Source of the DNA: an uncultured bacterium
GTDB taxonomy: Bacteria; Verrucomicrobiota; Verrucomicrobiia; Limisphaerales; JACDHS01
Length of the DNA stretch: 64,000 nt
Assembly: GCA_966112985.1 (NCBI GenBank)
Contig: CBHWET010000001.1
Span: forward strand, 40,053 to 104,052
Reading direction: 5' to 3'
Part shown: piece by piece, positions 1-10,105 of the stretch
How positions within the stretch are numbered: position 1 is the stretch's first letter
Layout of the letters: every line of letters begins with the position of its first letter
Program-made: the position numbers and the translations under genes
Notes under the pieces: model-generated
The model's database searches: none
What the model was told of the DNA's origin: nothing
What the model saw: only the letters and a program-made list of their open reading frames with translations

Positions 1-1326
1 AAAGACTTTCTGCCCCTTTTCAACAAACGGTTGAACGTACCTCTCGAAAAACATATTTTGCGCCGCGAACTGTTGCGAAGACCAAACCTTGCACGACCGC
101 ACGCAATCGCTCCACCGGTCCGCCAGTGGAAGTAAAAAATTATTCACGTAACTTTTCTCCACCCAGGCAGCGATCTTTTCCATCAGAGCGGTTTGCGCAT
201 ACCGGCGAAAATGGGTCCAGAAACGGCGATAAGCGGTGTCGAGTTTCCACCAGCTTTGGCTGTAACGGATGATGCCGTTGTCGAAGCCATCCAGATTGAG
301 TTCCAGTCCTTCCAGTAATCCTCTAAGCTCAATCGCGTGTTCGAGGGCGCGATAACCGTGCTCATGCGTCGGATACCAGAAAGATCGCCGCCTGCGTTGG
401 AGCACGGAAAGAGATGTATCCCGGGAAGTATTGTTTTCAAAAGCCTGACAAAGCGTGTGGATTATTTTTTTCTCATACGCCTGGAACTCATCTGCGTCCA
501 AGATCTCTGAAATATCTGAGAGCGAATTTAACCGTGATTGAATGTGCATCTCCCGCTCCAGACGGGATGACCAATACTTAAAGGAAGACGCATGATCTTG
601 GCTGTCCTTCCATCGCTGCAAAAATACTTTCGCATGAGCGTGCTGCTGAATCCCGGTTTCCAGCGGCGTTGCCGCTCGAAATAAAGTCACGACAAAATCC
701 ACCAGCGAAGGCTCGTTCGGTTTGTAGCCGAACAGCGCCGAAACATTTTTCCAAAAATGACCGACCAGATTGGCGGATCCGAATACTTCTGTTACCGGAT
801 CAAACAGGGAATCTTTCTTGGCCGATTCAGCCAGGAAACTCAAGAGCATCAGGTCAACGTCTGCCGGTGTGCCTGCGAGCACTGCCATCATTTTTAATCG
901 GATTGACTCAGCGTCATCTTCTTTCGCAGATAATTCTCTAAATGCCTCGACACGCTTAGTCGCGTTGAAGAAGGCCAGATGTTGTTCAACTACGTGTTGG
1001 AAATCGTAGGAAAGACCAGCTTCCTGCAATGCGAGTGAAGCACGGTCAGCTTTGTATTCGTGTCCTTGCAGCAGCAGATCGAGAAGCCAATTGTCCGCGT
1101 CGGCAGGACGGGGAGCCGGAAAAAACAAAAGGAAACGAGCATTTGGATCAGCATGCCGAAGAATTCTGACTTTAGTGCCAAACTCCGTACCTTCAACGCA
1201 GATTTTTTCGACGCCAGCCAAACTGAATGCCTCAAATTCCTTCTCCCATTCTTTCGCTCCGTCGTACCAAAAAACGAGCCTATGCCGGGAAAGAACCTGA
1301 GTCAGGCTGTCGTGAATGCGTTTCAT
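1..1326 (-). CDS. pglZ: BREX PglZ, N-terminal 442 codons (gene continues beyond the left edge of the window)
   Basis: Absent from the ORF track because no stop codon lies inside the window. Manual reverse-complement translation from ATG 1326..1324 gives 442 sense codons with no stop down to position 1: MKRIHDSLTQVLSRHRLVFWYDGAKEWEKEFEAFSLAGVEKICVEG...RYVQPFVEKGQKVF. The opening (hydrophobic-V/I-FWYD...EF) is the usual N-terminus of BREX-1 PglZ. It lies on the same strand 8 nt downstream of the DUF262 gene and after pglX. Confidence 0.75.
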   Translation of the reverse strand, partial: MKRIHDSLTQVLSRHRLVFWYDGAKEWEKEFEAFSLAGVEKICVEGTEFGTKVRILRHADPNARFLLFFPAPRPADADNWLLDLLLQGHEYKADRASLALQEAGLSYDFQHVVEQHLAFFNATKRVEAFRELSAKEDDAESIRLKMMAVLAGTPADVDLMLLSFLAESAKKDSLFDPVTEVFGSANLVGHFWKNVSALFGYKPNEPSLVDFVVTLFRAATPLETGIQQHAHAKVFLQRWKDSQDHASSFKYWSSRLEREMHIQSRLNSLSDISEILDADEFQAYEKKIIHTLCQAFENNTSRDTSLSVLQRRRRSFWYPTHEHGYRALEHAIELRGLLEGLELNLDGFDNGIIRYSQSWWKLDTAYRRFWTHFRRYAQTALMEKIAAWVEKSYVNNFLLPLADRWSDCVRSCKVWSSQQFAAQNMFFERYVQPFVEKGQKVF

Positions 1327-1334
1327 GGATTAAG

Positions 1335-3089
1335 TCATTGAAGAAGCTCTGCGAGTTTCTTCGTCAACAAAGCGTCTCTCGCTTTGGCAAATGCAGGGAA
1401 ATCTCGAAGTGTCAGCTTGGCATCAAGGGGTATCAAGCAACGGTCAAGGAACGAGCCCCGTTCCTTGCGACTTATCTCGGCTTTCACCCATTCCTCCAAC
1501 GTTTTGTCCTTCTTGGATTTGTTCTCGTTGGAATCGAGCATTTGTAAATTCACGATGCTGTTGTTCCATTCCGGAGATAGGAATACAGATTCGTCTTCAG
1601 CCGAAAGACCAAGTGCTGCGACGGCCTTCTTCGTGAATCCCGAAATAGGATGCAGATGATCAAGATGGAAATCGTTATTCCGGTAGTCGAGTTGAGGATT
1701 CAATAAAGCCAGAATACAAAATGCATAACGGTCATCTTTTTGTGTTCCGAGGAGTTCCTGAATAAACTCCAACCCAACGCTGAGGTCGCGTTTTATCTGT
1801 TTCGCGATGTCCTCGACGGGAAACAATTCTACACCCGGGTTGATCTTGGTATTGGATGAAACATCTGGTGTAAACGCTTTGCGAATTTGCGCTAAAACTG
1901 CATCGGACTGAGCGCCAAAGACCCTTTTTAGTGTCATGACGTGAACCCACTTCGCTATCACTTCTCGATCTTTCTTAAAACGAACGGCAGTCCCGAACGT
2001 GGTGTAGATGTCACGATGGTAAAGATAGTAGATGATGGGGATAACCGCGTTTTTGGATGTCAGGGTGAAATCGTTGTAACCGAAGGAGCGAATCAACTCG
2101 AAAGCAGCCAAAATCGCATCCCGAATTTTCTCCCAATCCTGCTCAAAATTGTGGGCGTTCTCCGCCGAGAAATTGGTAACCTTGAAACGAATATCGGTGC
2201 TGTAGAGATACAAATAGGTCTTGAAGATGAAGTCTTTGCTGATCGTAAATCCCGTCGCCTGGATCTGATCAACGAGGTGGTGGATTTCCTTTCGGGCATC
2301 CTTCACTCGCCAGTTGGCTATTGCGATGGACATAATCAAATCAGAAAAATTCAACGGCTCGCCGCCGCTGTTAATCCGAATGAAAATGTTTAGCGCCTTG
2401 TGGAGATCCTGTTCCTTTTCCAGAAAGTAATTGATGATCGGTGACGTAAAGACGACCTCATGTAACTGGCCTAAGATGTCACTGGCGAAATCTCCCAGGT
2501 TCGATTCACGAACGTAACGGTTGAAGACCGAAACGTTCTTCAGGTCGTTAATTTTCCCAACTCGAAACCATTTCTCGTCATAGATGTCGGACTGCTTTGT
2601 CTCACTGTCTTTGAGAAAGCGGAAATCATAGATGCGATCATCTTCTTCGTCTTCGAGCTTATTCTGAATGTTGAGGTAGAGCCTTCGCGTCGGACAATTT
2701 CTCTCGTCATTAGCGTCCTTCCGCCCGTAGGGCTCCCTCCATGCGTAGCTTCCTCTGAGACCAATGTTCAAAGAGGTTAGCCTTTGCTGACCATCAAGGA
2801 CGGCTGTGAATCCTGAAATACCTTCTACATTTGCCTCTTCGTTGTGGGTCTTGAATCGCTCTCGGTAATGCCGAAGGAATTCGTAAAACCGATACCCCGA
2901 GACAGATGCTCCCTCCACGTTCCAGAAAAGGAAGGAACTCACCGGATACCCGCGCATCAGAGAATCGAAAAGCCATTCGATCTTTGATGGAGGCCAGACA
3001 AACTCTCGCTGAATCGCCGGGAGCAAATAACGGCGTTGCTCAATATGGCTCAGAGCTTCGGCGATAGTGATCGGCCTTTCGAATGACAT
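1335..3089 (-). CDS. brxU: DUF262/DUF1524 two-domain nuclease, GmrSD family (BrxU-like type IV restriction enzyme embedded in BREX)
   Basis: 584-aa ORF. The N-terminal half has the DUF262 signature (LLPAIQREFVW, MRGYPVSSFLFW, VLDGQQRLTSL). The C-terminus has a DUF1524/His-Me-finger-like block (FHLDHLHPIS...NLQMLDSNENKSKKDK). ATG 3089 lies 1 nt after the pglX stop (TAG 3093..3091), with GGAGGA inside the pglX 3' end. Its position between pglX and pglZ matches the described brxU arrangement. Confidence 0.75.
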   Translation of the reverse strand: MSFERPITIAEALSHIEQRRYLLPAIQREFVWPPSKIEWLFDSLMRGYPVSSFLFWNVEGASVSGYRFYEFLRHYRERFKTHNEEANVEGISGFTAVLDGQQRLTSLNIGLRGSYAWREPYGRKDANDERNCPTRRLYLNIQNKLEDEEDDRIYDFRFLKDSETKQSDIYDEKWFRVGKINDLKNVSVFNRYVRESNLGDFASDILGQLHEVVFTSPIINYFLEKEQDLHKALNIFIRINSGGEPLNFSDLIMSIAIANWRVKDARKEIHHLVDQIQATGFTISKDFIFKTYLYLYSTDIRFKVTNFSAENAHNFEQDWEKIRDAILAAFELIRSFGYNDFTLTSKNAVIPIIYYLYHRDIYTTFGTAVRFKKDREVIAKWVHVMTLKRVFGAQSDAVLAQIRKAFTPDVSSNTKINPGVELFPVEDIAKQIKRDLSVGLEFIQELLGTQKDDRYAFCILALLNPQLDYRNNDFHLDHLHPISGFTKKAVAALGLSAEDESVFLSPEWNNSIVNLQMLDSNENKSKKDKTLEEWVKAEISRKERGSFLDRCLIPLDAKLTLRDFPAFAKARDALLTKKLAELLQ

Positions 3090-3090
3090 T

Positions 3091-6000
3091 CTATTCCTCC
3101 TCCTTGTCAGCCAGACCAGCGATAGGCACGAGAGCTTTGCCGAGTTTGAGATAGTTGACTTTTACGCCGTCATCCAGATCAAGTTCGACACGTTGTTGCG
3201 CGAGCGGCAGGAGGATTTCACGCTCATATTCTTCGCAATCGCGCTGGGATTTTTTGAGTTTGTCGATTTCCTTTCGTGCTGCCGTTTTGTCGCGGGCGGA
3301 AACGGATTCGCTTTCCAAGGCGTGTTCAAGATGCTCAATGCGCGAACGGAGTTTGTGCAGGAATTCGCGCAGGTATCGGTTCAAGACCGTGTTCGCCGTG
3401 TCTTTCGTGTAGCGATGCAGATAGACCAGCGCGTTGAAGCTTTTCTTCGGACTGGAAAACATCCAGTAGATGGGACGCTTCTTGTAGGTTTGCAAATGGT
3501 CTTTGTAAAAGTCGGTGAGGAAGTATTTGCGCAAATCCCGGCCCAGTGATTCTTCAATGAAGCGTAGGTTTTCTTCCAATGTGGCATCGCCGAAAGTGGC
3601 GCGGAGAAATTCGCGGGTGCGGGCAACGATGTCGTCCTCAAACCACTCGCTGTCGAGGATGGGAATGATTCCGTCTTCATCGGGGGCAAACGTGAGCGCG
3701 TCGAGAGGCTTTTGCAGTTTCGCCAGGAACTCGGGCAAAGAATCTCCCGCATTTGCCAGAATCAAACCGGGGTGATCCAAGGAATATCGTCCCATGATGC
3801 AGCCGGTGACGTAGGAGAGAAACGCGGCGGTATCTTTGCGGACATCGGCGCGGGCGAGAGTGATTTGGTCCTCGGGCACTTCGGGCGCGAGTTCGTCCTG
3901 CAAGCCGTAAGCGGCAATGAATAGCCGGTTGTTCTCCGTTTCCAGTTCCTGCATTCGGCGAACGGCATAATCGCAATGCGTTTTCCAATTCTGCCAACTT
4001 GAAGCCAGCGTTGCGCCCTTCAGTTCTGAACGGAGCAAAGGCAAGTCGCGGAAGTCCCATGATGTTTCGAAATTGTCCCAATCAGCGCGAGCAATTGAGA
4101 CTGCGGAACTCACACAAACTTTGATTTTTTCCCGATCCGACTTCGATGGTATCGGCAGTTCTCGTACAGTACCTACGAGGAAATGAAGTGCCGGATTGAG
4201 TATCGACATCAAGAGCGAGGCCGGAGCAGAGTTTAATAATCCTAAAAAATAAAAGGGTTCTGCGGCAAAAAGCGTTGGCCCTTCCACGTTAGAGATCGCG
4301 CCAACTGGTGAATATCTGGCACTGAAAAAACTAGCAGTTGAATGGGACCATGCGACTCCCTCTCGGAAAAAAAAGCCGCGATCCTTAATAACATAGTCGA
4401 TGTTACCCTTTAGATAAGGATAGCGGCTATCGACATACTCTTTGATTTCCTTTCCATCATCCTTCCAGTTAACAATGAGTTCTCGATTGCCATACCACTT
4501 TCTGACAGCCCCTCCTTTGTTATGAGGAAACCACTTCCGACCGGATCGAACCGCAGCAGCATTGCTGTCGCACTCAAGAGCTAACTGGGAAAGATGCACT
4601 TCATGCCACACCCGTAAGAAACGCTCATTATCGCTGGTTTGCAGTCCTACCTGTGGATCCGCCGAATCCTTGAGACGGCCCGAATCGGTGAATAGCGCTT
4701 TAACTTGAGCGCTCGCCCAGTAGGCAATTGGCGCTCCAGGTATCGATAAAAGATCAACAAGCGAGCGCCTATACTCCTGATGAACCTGGTTATCAAAAAA
4801 ATTGCGCTCTATCTCTTGAATATATTGTACTTCACCTTCTCTTCGGAAAAGTCTTCTGAAGACGGTTTTAGTCCTACCTGGTGCCCGGCTAGAAATTACA
4901 AATGCACACGAACCAAAATCTGAGCCGAAGACTCCTCGGCCATTGTCCAACAGCGAAATAAAAGTTGTCTCCCGCAAAAGTCGCAGCCGAAATTTCTCGA
5001 AAGAGCCCAAAAACATCCAATTCGGTATAGTGATAGCGGCAACGTAACCCTGGCGATGAAGTAACTGGAGCGATTGCTGTACAAACGCTCCAAACGTGTC
5101 CTGTTTTCCTTCGACAAAGTGTTTTTTCAGATGGGCCTTTAGTATCGGATTCATTGTCGCGCTTCCCATGTATGGTGGATTGGTAACAACGACGTGATAC
5201 CTCCGGGTGAGCGCTTCCGCTTGTTCGAGAACCCGCAAGACTTTCTGATGCGTCCCGTGTAGGAAAAGCTGGCCGCCCTGGTCTTTTGCCTCAATCGCAC
5301 GGCGGGCAAAAACAATCGCTCCTTCATCAAGACACGGCTGAATGAGCGAGCCAAAGGTCGTGGCCGCTTCAAACTGATTTAGCAGCTTGAGCATCGGCTG
5401 ATTGAAGAGATCGCCCAAGCCGAACGCTTGGCTGTAATCGCGCAACTCTCGTTCCTCAAAACGCACATTCTCCAACGCGGTGATTTGGGGTTTCACCAGT
5501 TTATCCGCTTGAAAAAACCGGCGAGATTTTCCTCGCGCTTTGAATACCAGCGCCAATTCCGCAAGCTGGGCCGCTCGAGGGCAGATTTCCACGCCATGTA
5601 AATTGTTTTCTAAAACCAGGCCGGGAATGTCGGCAGGCGCATAACCTTCCTCTTCGTATATGAGAGCCAGCAGATCGAACGCATAGGTTAGCATGTGCCC
5701 GCTGCCGGAAGCGGGATCAAGCAACCTGATTTCCTCCGGCTTATTGATCTTCAGGAAGTCCGTTTCCTGATCGCCTTCGATGTAATAAGGCATCTGCTCG
5801 CGCAGTTTCGAATTGGGTCGATTGAGCAGCCAAAGACGGCCCAGCGAGTTCTCGACCAGATAACGCACGATCCAATGAGGAGTGAAAAGTTGCGTGACGG
5901 CTGGAATATCTTCCGTCGGCACCGCGCTCTTGCGAGCCATCACCTGGTCCTTCTTCTCCGAAATATAAAATTGATAAAGCCAGCCCAGGATTTCGACGTT

Positions 6001-6597
6001 GGCACGTTCCTGATCACCACAATCCTCGTCCGCAATTTCACTGCGGAAGCCATGCGCCACGGAATGTTCGGTCAACAAATCATCCGGCAGCAACAGTTCC
6101 GTCTCGTCATTCAACGGCTCGAAAAGAAACGGCATCAATTTGTGATAAAACCGGCACGCCGCGAGTACGAGATGCCGATACACTTCGCCTTGAGGATCAG
6201 CGGATGGAATCCGGCCATCCAAGAGATCATTGAGACGCGACGGATTGGTGAACGCAGTTAGTTCGGGCGGAAGCGCACCATCGCGTGTCGCACGAAGAAT
6301 CTCCGGTTGAGTTTCGCCAGGAGTCGCTGGAGTCAGGACACGAGTCCGAAAGGGATGCCAGCCACGCGCATCCAGAAATCGCAGCGCCGCAAACCGGTTG
6401 AACCAGGTATAGGCGACCCGGTCAATCAAACCGACGCGATTGGATTGGGCTTCGAGACACAATGCTTTGACCTGTGGTGCCAAAGCCCGTAAATCGGGCG
6501 TATCGCCTGTTAAAACAAAATCGAGCTTTCGTCCGACAGCTTCAATGAGTTGTTTTCGGACGGCTGGCGCAAAATTTTTCAGGGAGGAAAGATTCAT
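3091..6597 (-). CDS. pglX: BREX adenine-specific DNA methyltransferase PglX
   Basis: Large ORF with SAM-binding motif LLDPASGSGHML and catalytic motif VVVTNPPYMG (NPPY, N6-adenine MTase). The size (~1170 aa) and position after brxC fit PglX. I trimmed the start from 6666 to ATG 6597 (MNLSSLKNFAPAVRKQL...), which lies 2 nt after the brxC stop. The longer ORF would overlap brxC by 67 nt. Confidence 0.9.
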   Translation of the reverse strand: MNLSSLKNFAPAVRKQLIEAVGRKLDFVLTGDTPDLRALAPQVKALCLEAQSNRVGLIDRVAYTWFNRFAALRFLDARGWHPFRTRVLTPATPGETQPEILRATRDGALPPELTAFTNPSRLNDLLDGRIPSADPQGEVYRHLVLAACRFYHKLMPFLFEPLNDETELLLPDDLLTEHSVAHGFRSEIADEDCGDQERANVEILGWLYQFYISEKKDQVMARKSAVPTEDIPAVTQLFTPHWIVRYLVENSLGRLWLLNRPNSKLREQMPYYIEGDQETDFLKINKPEEIRLLDPASGSGHMLTYAFDLLALIYEEEGYAPADIPGLVLENNLHGVEICPRAAQLAELALVFKARGKSRRFFQADKLVKPQITALENVRFEERELRDYSQAFGLGDLFNQPMLKLLNQFEAATTFGSLIQPCLDEGAIVFARRAIEAKDQGGQLFLHGTHQKVLRVLEQAEALTRRYHVVVTNPPYMGSATMNPILKAHLKKHFVEGKQDTFGAFVQQSLQLLHRQGYVAAITIPNWMFLGSFEKFRLRLLRETTFISLLDNGRGVFGSDFGSCAFVISSRAPGRTKTVFRRLFRREGEVQYIQEIERNFFDNQVHQEYRRSLVDLLSIPGAPIAYWASAQVKALFTDSGRLKDSADPQVGLQTSDNERFLRVWHEVHLSQLALECDSNAAAVRSGRKWFPHNKGGAVRKWYGNRELIVNWKDDGKEIKEYVDSRYPYLKGNIDYVIKDRGFFFREGVAWSHSTASFFSARYSPVGAISNVEGPTLFAAEPFYFLGLLNSAPASLLMSILNPALHFLVGTVRELPIPSKSDREKIKVCVSSAVSIARADWDNFETSWDFRDLPLLRSELKGATLASSWQNWKTHCDYAVRRMQELETENNRLFIAAYGLQDELAPEVPEDQITLARADVRKDTAAFLSYVTGCIMGRYSLDHPGLILANAGDSLPEFLAKLQKPLDALTFAPDEDGIIPILDSEWFEDDIVARTREFLRATFGDATLEENLRFIEESLGRDLRKYFLTDFYKDHLQTYKKRPIYWMFSSPKKSFNALVYLHRYTKDTANTVLNRYLREFLHKLRSRIEHLEHALESESVSARDKTAARKEIDKLKKSQRDCEEYEREILLPLAQQRVELDLDDGVKVNYLKLGKALVPIAGLADKEEE

Positions 6598-6599
6598 GT

Positions 6600-9500
6600 T
6601 CAGAGGCTGATCCGATTCCCTTTCTTGATTTCCGCCACAGCGGCCTTTCGGAGCGCATCGAGCCATTTATCTACGTCAGCTTCGGAAGCGACATAAGCCA
6701 ACCCGCAATCAACCTTCAGATTCGTCATGGGAACAAAGCGAGCTTCCTCGGTTGCTTTCGCCGCACCGGACTTCGGCGATTCTTTGATTTCAGGAGTTGC
6801 CAGCCGATTAGCCAAGGCGAGTTGCGAAGGATAATCTTCGGAGACATAGCGGTTCAGCCGGTCGCGAATGGCACTGATGAACCGGGCCGATTGCACCGAC
6901 TCACGAGCGTCTCCGGTTTTCTGGAGCATTTGCTTTTTTTGCGGATCGGTCAGGCGTTCGAATTCAGGCAACAATTTCAATTTTGCTTCCTGTTCGCTCA
7001 ACGTAGCCAACGCTCGGTCCCGTTCCTGAACGAGCTTCGCATCAATAATATCGCGGACACGATTTACCGCATTTTTCGCATTGGGAATCACTGAGCCACA
7101 AAATGGGGTTTCAGCCCCCGCCAGAAGACGCAAAGGATCAAGTTCTTCCTGCGGAACTTCGGAGAAATTCGCCTGTTCCTCACGCAGAAATGCGGTTGCT
7201 TCATCGTAAGCCTTGCGTTGAGGGCCGTGCATGAATGTTTTGAGCGGATCGAGAAGATCTTCCTTGGCATCGAGCAGTTCGCCTTGGAATTCGGCGACGT
7301 GATTCAGGAGGTAGGAATAATCTTTGTCTGCAAGCTCCTTGATGCGCTGCATGAGTGATTCCAGCTTCTTCAAGAACGGATAACGGGAGCTTTGATCCAC
7401 CAGCAATTGCAGGTCTTCAAACTCGCCGAGGAGAGCTTCAGATGTGACTTGTCCCACGGAGCGGGCATCGCTCGCTTCATTCACGCGATCAAAGAACTCC
7501 TGATGAAACCGCTTCAGGGCCGCAACTTTGGCCGGCTCAAATTGCTCCTGAAGCCGGACGCGAACGCCCCCATGTTGCCGCGCATTCTTGAGGGCTTCCA
7601 AAGCCGTTCTCGCATCGAGTAAATCCGTGCTTCGCAGTTCGACTTTGCCCATGCGGAACAGACGAGCAATCAGTGTTAAAACAGCCGTCGGATACCATCC
7701 GTAAGGCCGACGATTGAACTGCCGAATAATTTCTTCGACGGAGACTCTTTCACCATTGTTCTGATTTCTCGTCACGTAGGTCAAAATTTCCTGTTCCGCC
7801 TCTGAAACTGTGACGCCCGAACCGGAAAAAAGATCGCTCGAATCAAGGAGGGTCTTTGACAGCGTGGTCTCATCATACTGGCCCTTGAGCATCTTCAAGC
7901 TGGGATAGGCGAAACGAATCAGTTCCTGAGCAGCCTTGGCGTAACGATTTCGGGCTTCACCTTCGGGAACTGAATCCAATCGCGATGCGTTCAAATAGAG
8001 AGGTGCTTTACCCAAAAGTTCAGAGCATCGCGTTCGCAATTCAGTTCGACGACGGCTGTTTTGCTGACCCCGTTCCTGCAAAATGGAACGACGTGCTTCA
8101 TCCAGGCCCGCACCGGTATTCTGCTGAATGTACTTTTGGGTTTTCAGAAACAGCCGTGCATCGTCCAGCATTCGCAGATCAGCCGGAAGCACGGCGAGGA
8201 GTTCCGCCTTGCCAGTATTTTGGGCAGCGAGTGTCGCGAGGTTGCTGTGATTGGGATGATCCGGGGTGATGACATTGATACTGATTTCCGAATCTCTCCC
8301 CACAAGCTGATCGTCCAGCCGGCGAGCGTAAACGTAATCTTGGGAATTGTTTTCAAAACGAATTTTCGGATCACGCAGGACATCGCCAAACAAAACGTCA
8401 CCAAGAAGTTTGGTCAGGAGCGAATCATCAACCTCGGTATTCTTGATTTCAACTTCGATGTCCTTCTCAGTGTCGGTAAGGAATTCGTAAGCTTCACCGT
8501 TGCGTTGCAGATACGATTGATTCTCTAAAAGGTTCAAAGCCTCCTTCACTGACTTTTCGTGGGCCGCAATGTCGAGGTCGGCTTTTTCGATAAGAAGGAT
8601 GGCGATGTTTCGCGGTGTGGCTTTGAATTCCCGCACCCATTTGAGGAGGAACAAGGCTTTCAGAATTCGCACAGCCACGATGTTGTCGAGTTGACGTTCA
8701 GCTTGCCTGATTGAAGTCTGGAAATCGCCACGGATTGAGGCGGAGATTCCATCAAACATTAAATCGAACGTGGCAAGGCGACCGACATTTTCGTTTCGCA
8801 GCTTTTTGGCGACTTCTTGGAAAACAGCCAGCATGGACCGTTCACCAACGGCTGTATGTTTACCAGTGAAAGCATCGTGCTGCGAAAGCCGTTCGATGCA
8901 GCGTTGAAACAAATCGAACTGATAAAGGCAGAACGGATAGAACTCGCAGAACTGGTCGCTGCCTCGCCAACCTTTGTATTCCACGGAGCCATCGCTGAAA
9001 CGATACAGCGTTTGGAGATTTTCTTTTTCGGCATCGTAGATCGACACCAATGATTTCGGCTCTGCTTCCTTTTTTGCCAAAAGACGTTTTTGGATGACTT
9101 CGCGAACATCCGCGCTCGTCAAGGTAAGGCGTGTTTTGAAACGGGCTGCGATTTTAGTAAAATCCTGGCCTTGTTCGACCTTGAGATCTCCCAAGACGCG
9201 CTGCAAATCACCCTGCGACGTGACAAACACCCAGGCGCGGCCGTTGCAAACAGTCGCGAGAGTTTCGGCGACCGTCTGCAAATTAAGCATCAGCTTCGAG
9301 TCCTGACCGATAAACTGGCCCACTTCATCGACAAAGAAGTTCAGTCTGAAGCCGGGGGACTGCTTTTCGATAAACGCTTTGACGCGCTGGGCGAAGGACT
9401 GGATGGAAACCTTGTAGGTTTCTCGTTTTCGGTCAAAGAGGCGGAGGCATTCATCCAACGGCTTTCCAGAATGTTCGGAAAAAGCTTTGGCAAAAGTGTC

Positions 9501-10100
9501 ATTTTCCAGCGATTCAATGACAGGCAAATCTTTCTCCCACGAGCGTCCGCTGATTCGGGCGTAAGTTTTTTTGAAAGACTCCAATTCGCCACGGGAATCC
9601 AGGTCGCTCTCAAATTCCGCGATGTGGCCCTGCTTGGCGTAGTAGCCTTGCAACTCGTTCAGAACCTTGACGAAGACCTCCAAAATCGGAGCAGAATGAT
9701 CACCACCGATCGCATCTGCCTTCTGGTCGATATTGAAAAGCAAACTTGTGGAAGGAATCGCAGCGGCTCGTCGCAACTCTCCCTGAACAACCTCATCTTC
9801 GATTTTCGGAAGTAGGACATCCGAAGCCATTTTACCATTGGGGAGAGCACGGCTATCCAGCAATAGCGAGAGAATCTTCAACAGATGTGATTTGCCCGAT
9901 CCAAAAAAGCCGGAAATCCAAACGCCGTTGGCATTGGTTTCATTCAGATAACGTTCTGCGAATTGTTCGAGCCCTTTGCTGATTTCGGAAGTGATTACGT
10001 ATTCCTCTACTTCCGTCGAAAGGTAGCGGTCGTCATCTGCCTTGATAACGCCCTCAATGGGGCGCTCGACAGGTTTGATAAATAGTTCGTGGATTTTCAT
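6600..10100 (-). CDS. brxC: BREX P-loop ATPase BrxC/PglY
   Basis: 1166-aa ORF with Walker A near the N-terminus (GVWISGFFGSGKSHLLKIL). The size and the position between brxB and pglX are canonical for BREX type 1. Confidence 0.9.
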   Translation of the reverse strand: MKIHELFIKPVERPIEGVIKADDDRYLSTEVEEYVITSEISKGLEQFAERYLNETNANGVWISGFFGSGKSHLLKILSLLLDSRALPNGKMASDVLLPKIEDEVVQGELRRAAAIPSTSLLFNIDQKADAIGGDHSAPILEVFVKVLNELQGYYAKQGHIAEFESDLDSRGELESFKKTYARISGRSWEKDLPVIESLENDTFAKAFSEHSGKPLDECLRLFDRKRETYKVSIQSFAQRVKAFIEKQSPGFRLNFFVDEVGQFIGQDSKLMLNLQTVAETLATVCNGRAWVFVTSQGDLQRVLGDLKVEQGQDFTKIAARFKTRLTLTSADVREVIQKRLLAKKEAEPKSLVSIYDAEKENLQTLYRFSDGSVEYKGWRGSDQFCEFYPFCLYQFDLFQRCIERLSQHDAFTGKHTAVGERSMLAVFQEVAKKLRNENVGRLATFDLMFDGISASIRGDFQTSIRQAERQLDNIVAVRILKALFLLKWVREFKATPRNIAILLIEKADLDIAAHEKSVKEALNLLENQSYLQRNGEAYEFLTDTEKDIEVEIKNTEVDDSLLTKLLGDVLFGDVLRDPKIRFENNSQDYVYARRLDDQLVGRDSEISINVITPDHPNHSNLATLAAQNTGKAELLAVLPADLRMLDDARLFLKTQKYIQQNTGAGLDEARRSILQERGQQNSRRRTELRTRCSELLGKAPLYLNASRLDSVPEGEARNRYAKAAQELIRFAYPSLKMLKGQYDETTLSKTLLDSSDLFSGSGVTVSEAEQEILTYVTRNQNNGERVSVEEIIRQFNRRPYGWYPTAVLTLIARLFRMGKVELRSTDLLDARTALEALKNARQHGGVRVRLQEQFEPAKVAALKRFHQEFFDRVNEASDARSVGQVTSEALLGEFEDLQLLVDQSSRYPFLKKLESLMQRIKELADKDYSYLLNHVAEFQGELLDAKEDLLDPLKTFMHGPQRKAYDEATAFLREEQANFSEVPQEELDPLRLLAGAETPFCGSVIPNAKNAVNRVRDIIDAKLVQERDRALATLSEQEAKLKLLPEFERLTDPQKKQMLQKTGDARESVQSARFISAIRDRLNRYVSEDYPSQLALANRLATPEIKESPKSGAAKATEEARFVPMTNLKVDCGLAYVASEADVDKWLDALRKAAVAEIKKGNRISL

Positions 10101-10105
10101 GTTGT

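Noticed and set aside
6598-6666. N-terminal extensions of track ORFs (pglX to 6666, brxB to 10768, pdeM to 43285, integrase to 37490, sulfatase to 53358, small ORFs to 33833/34041)
   Set aside because: The extensions overlap the upstream gene by tens of nucleotides and encode Arg/Cys-rich junk. In-frame starts placed at or just after the upstream stop give N-termini that match the families.
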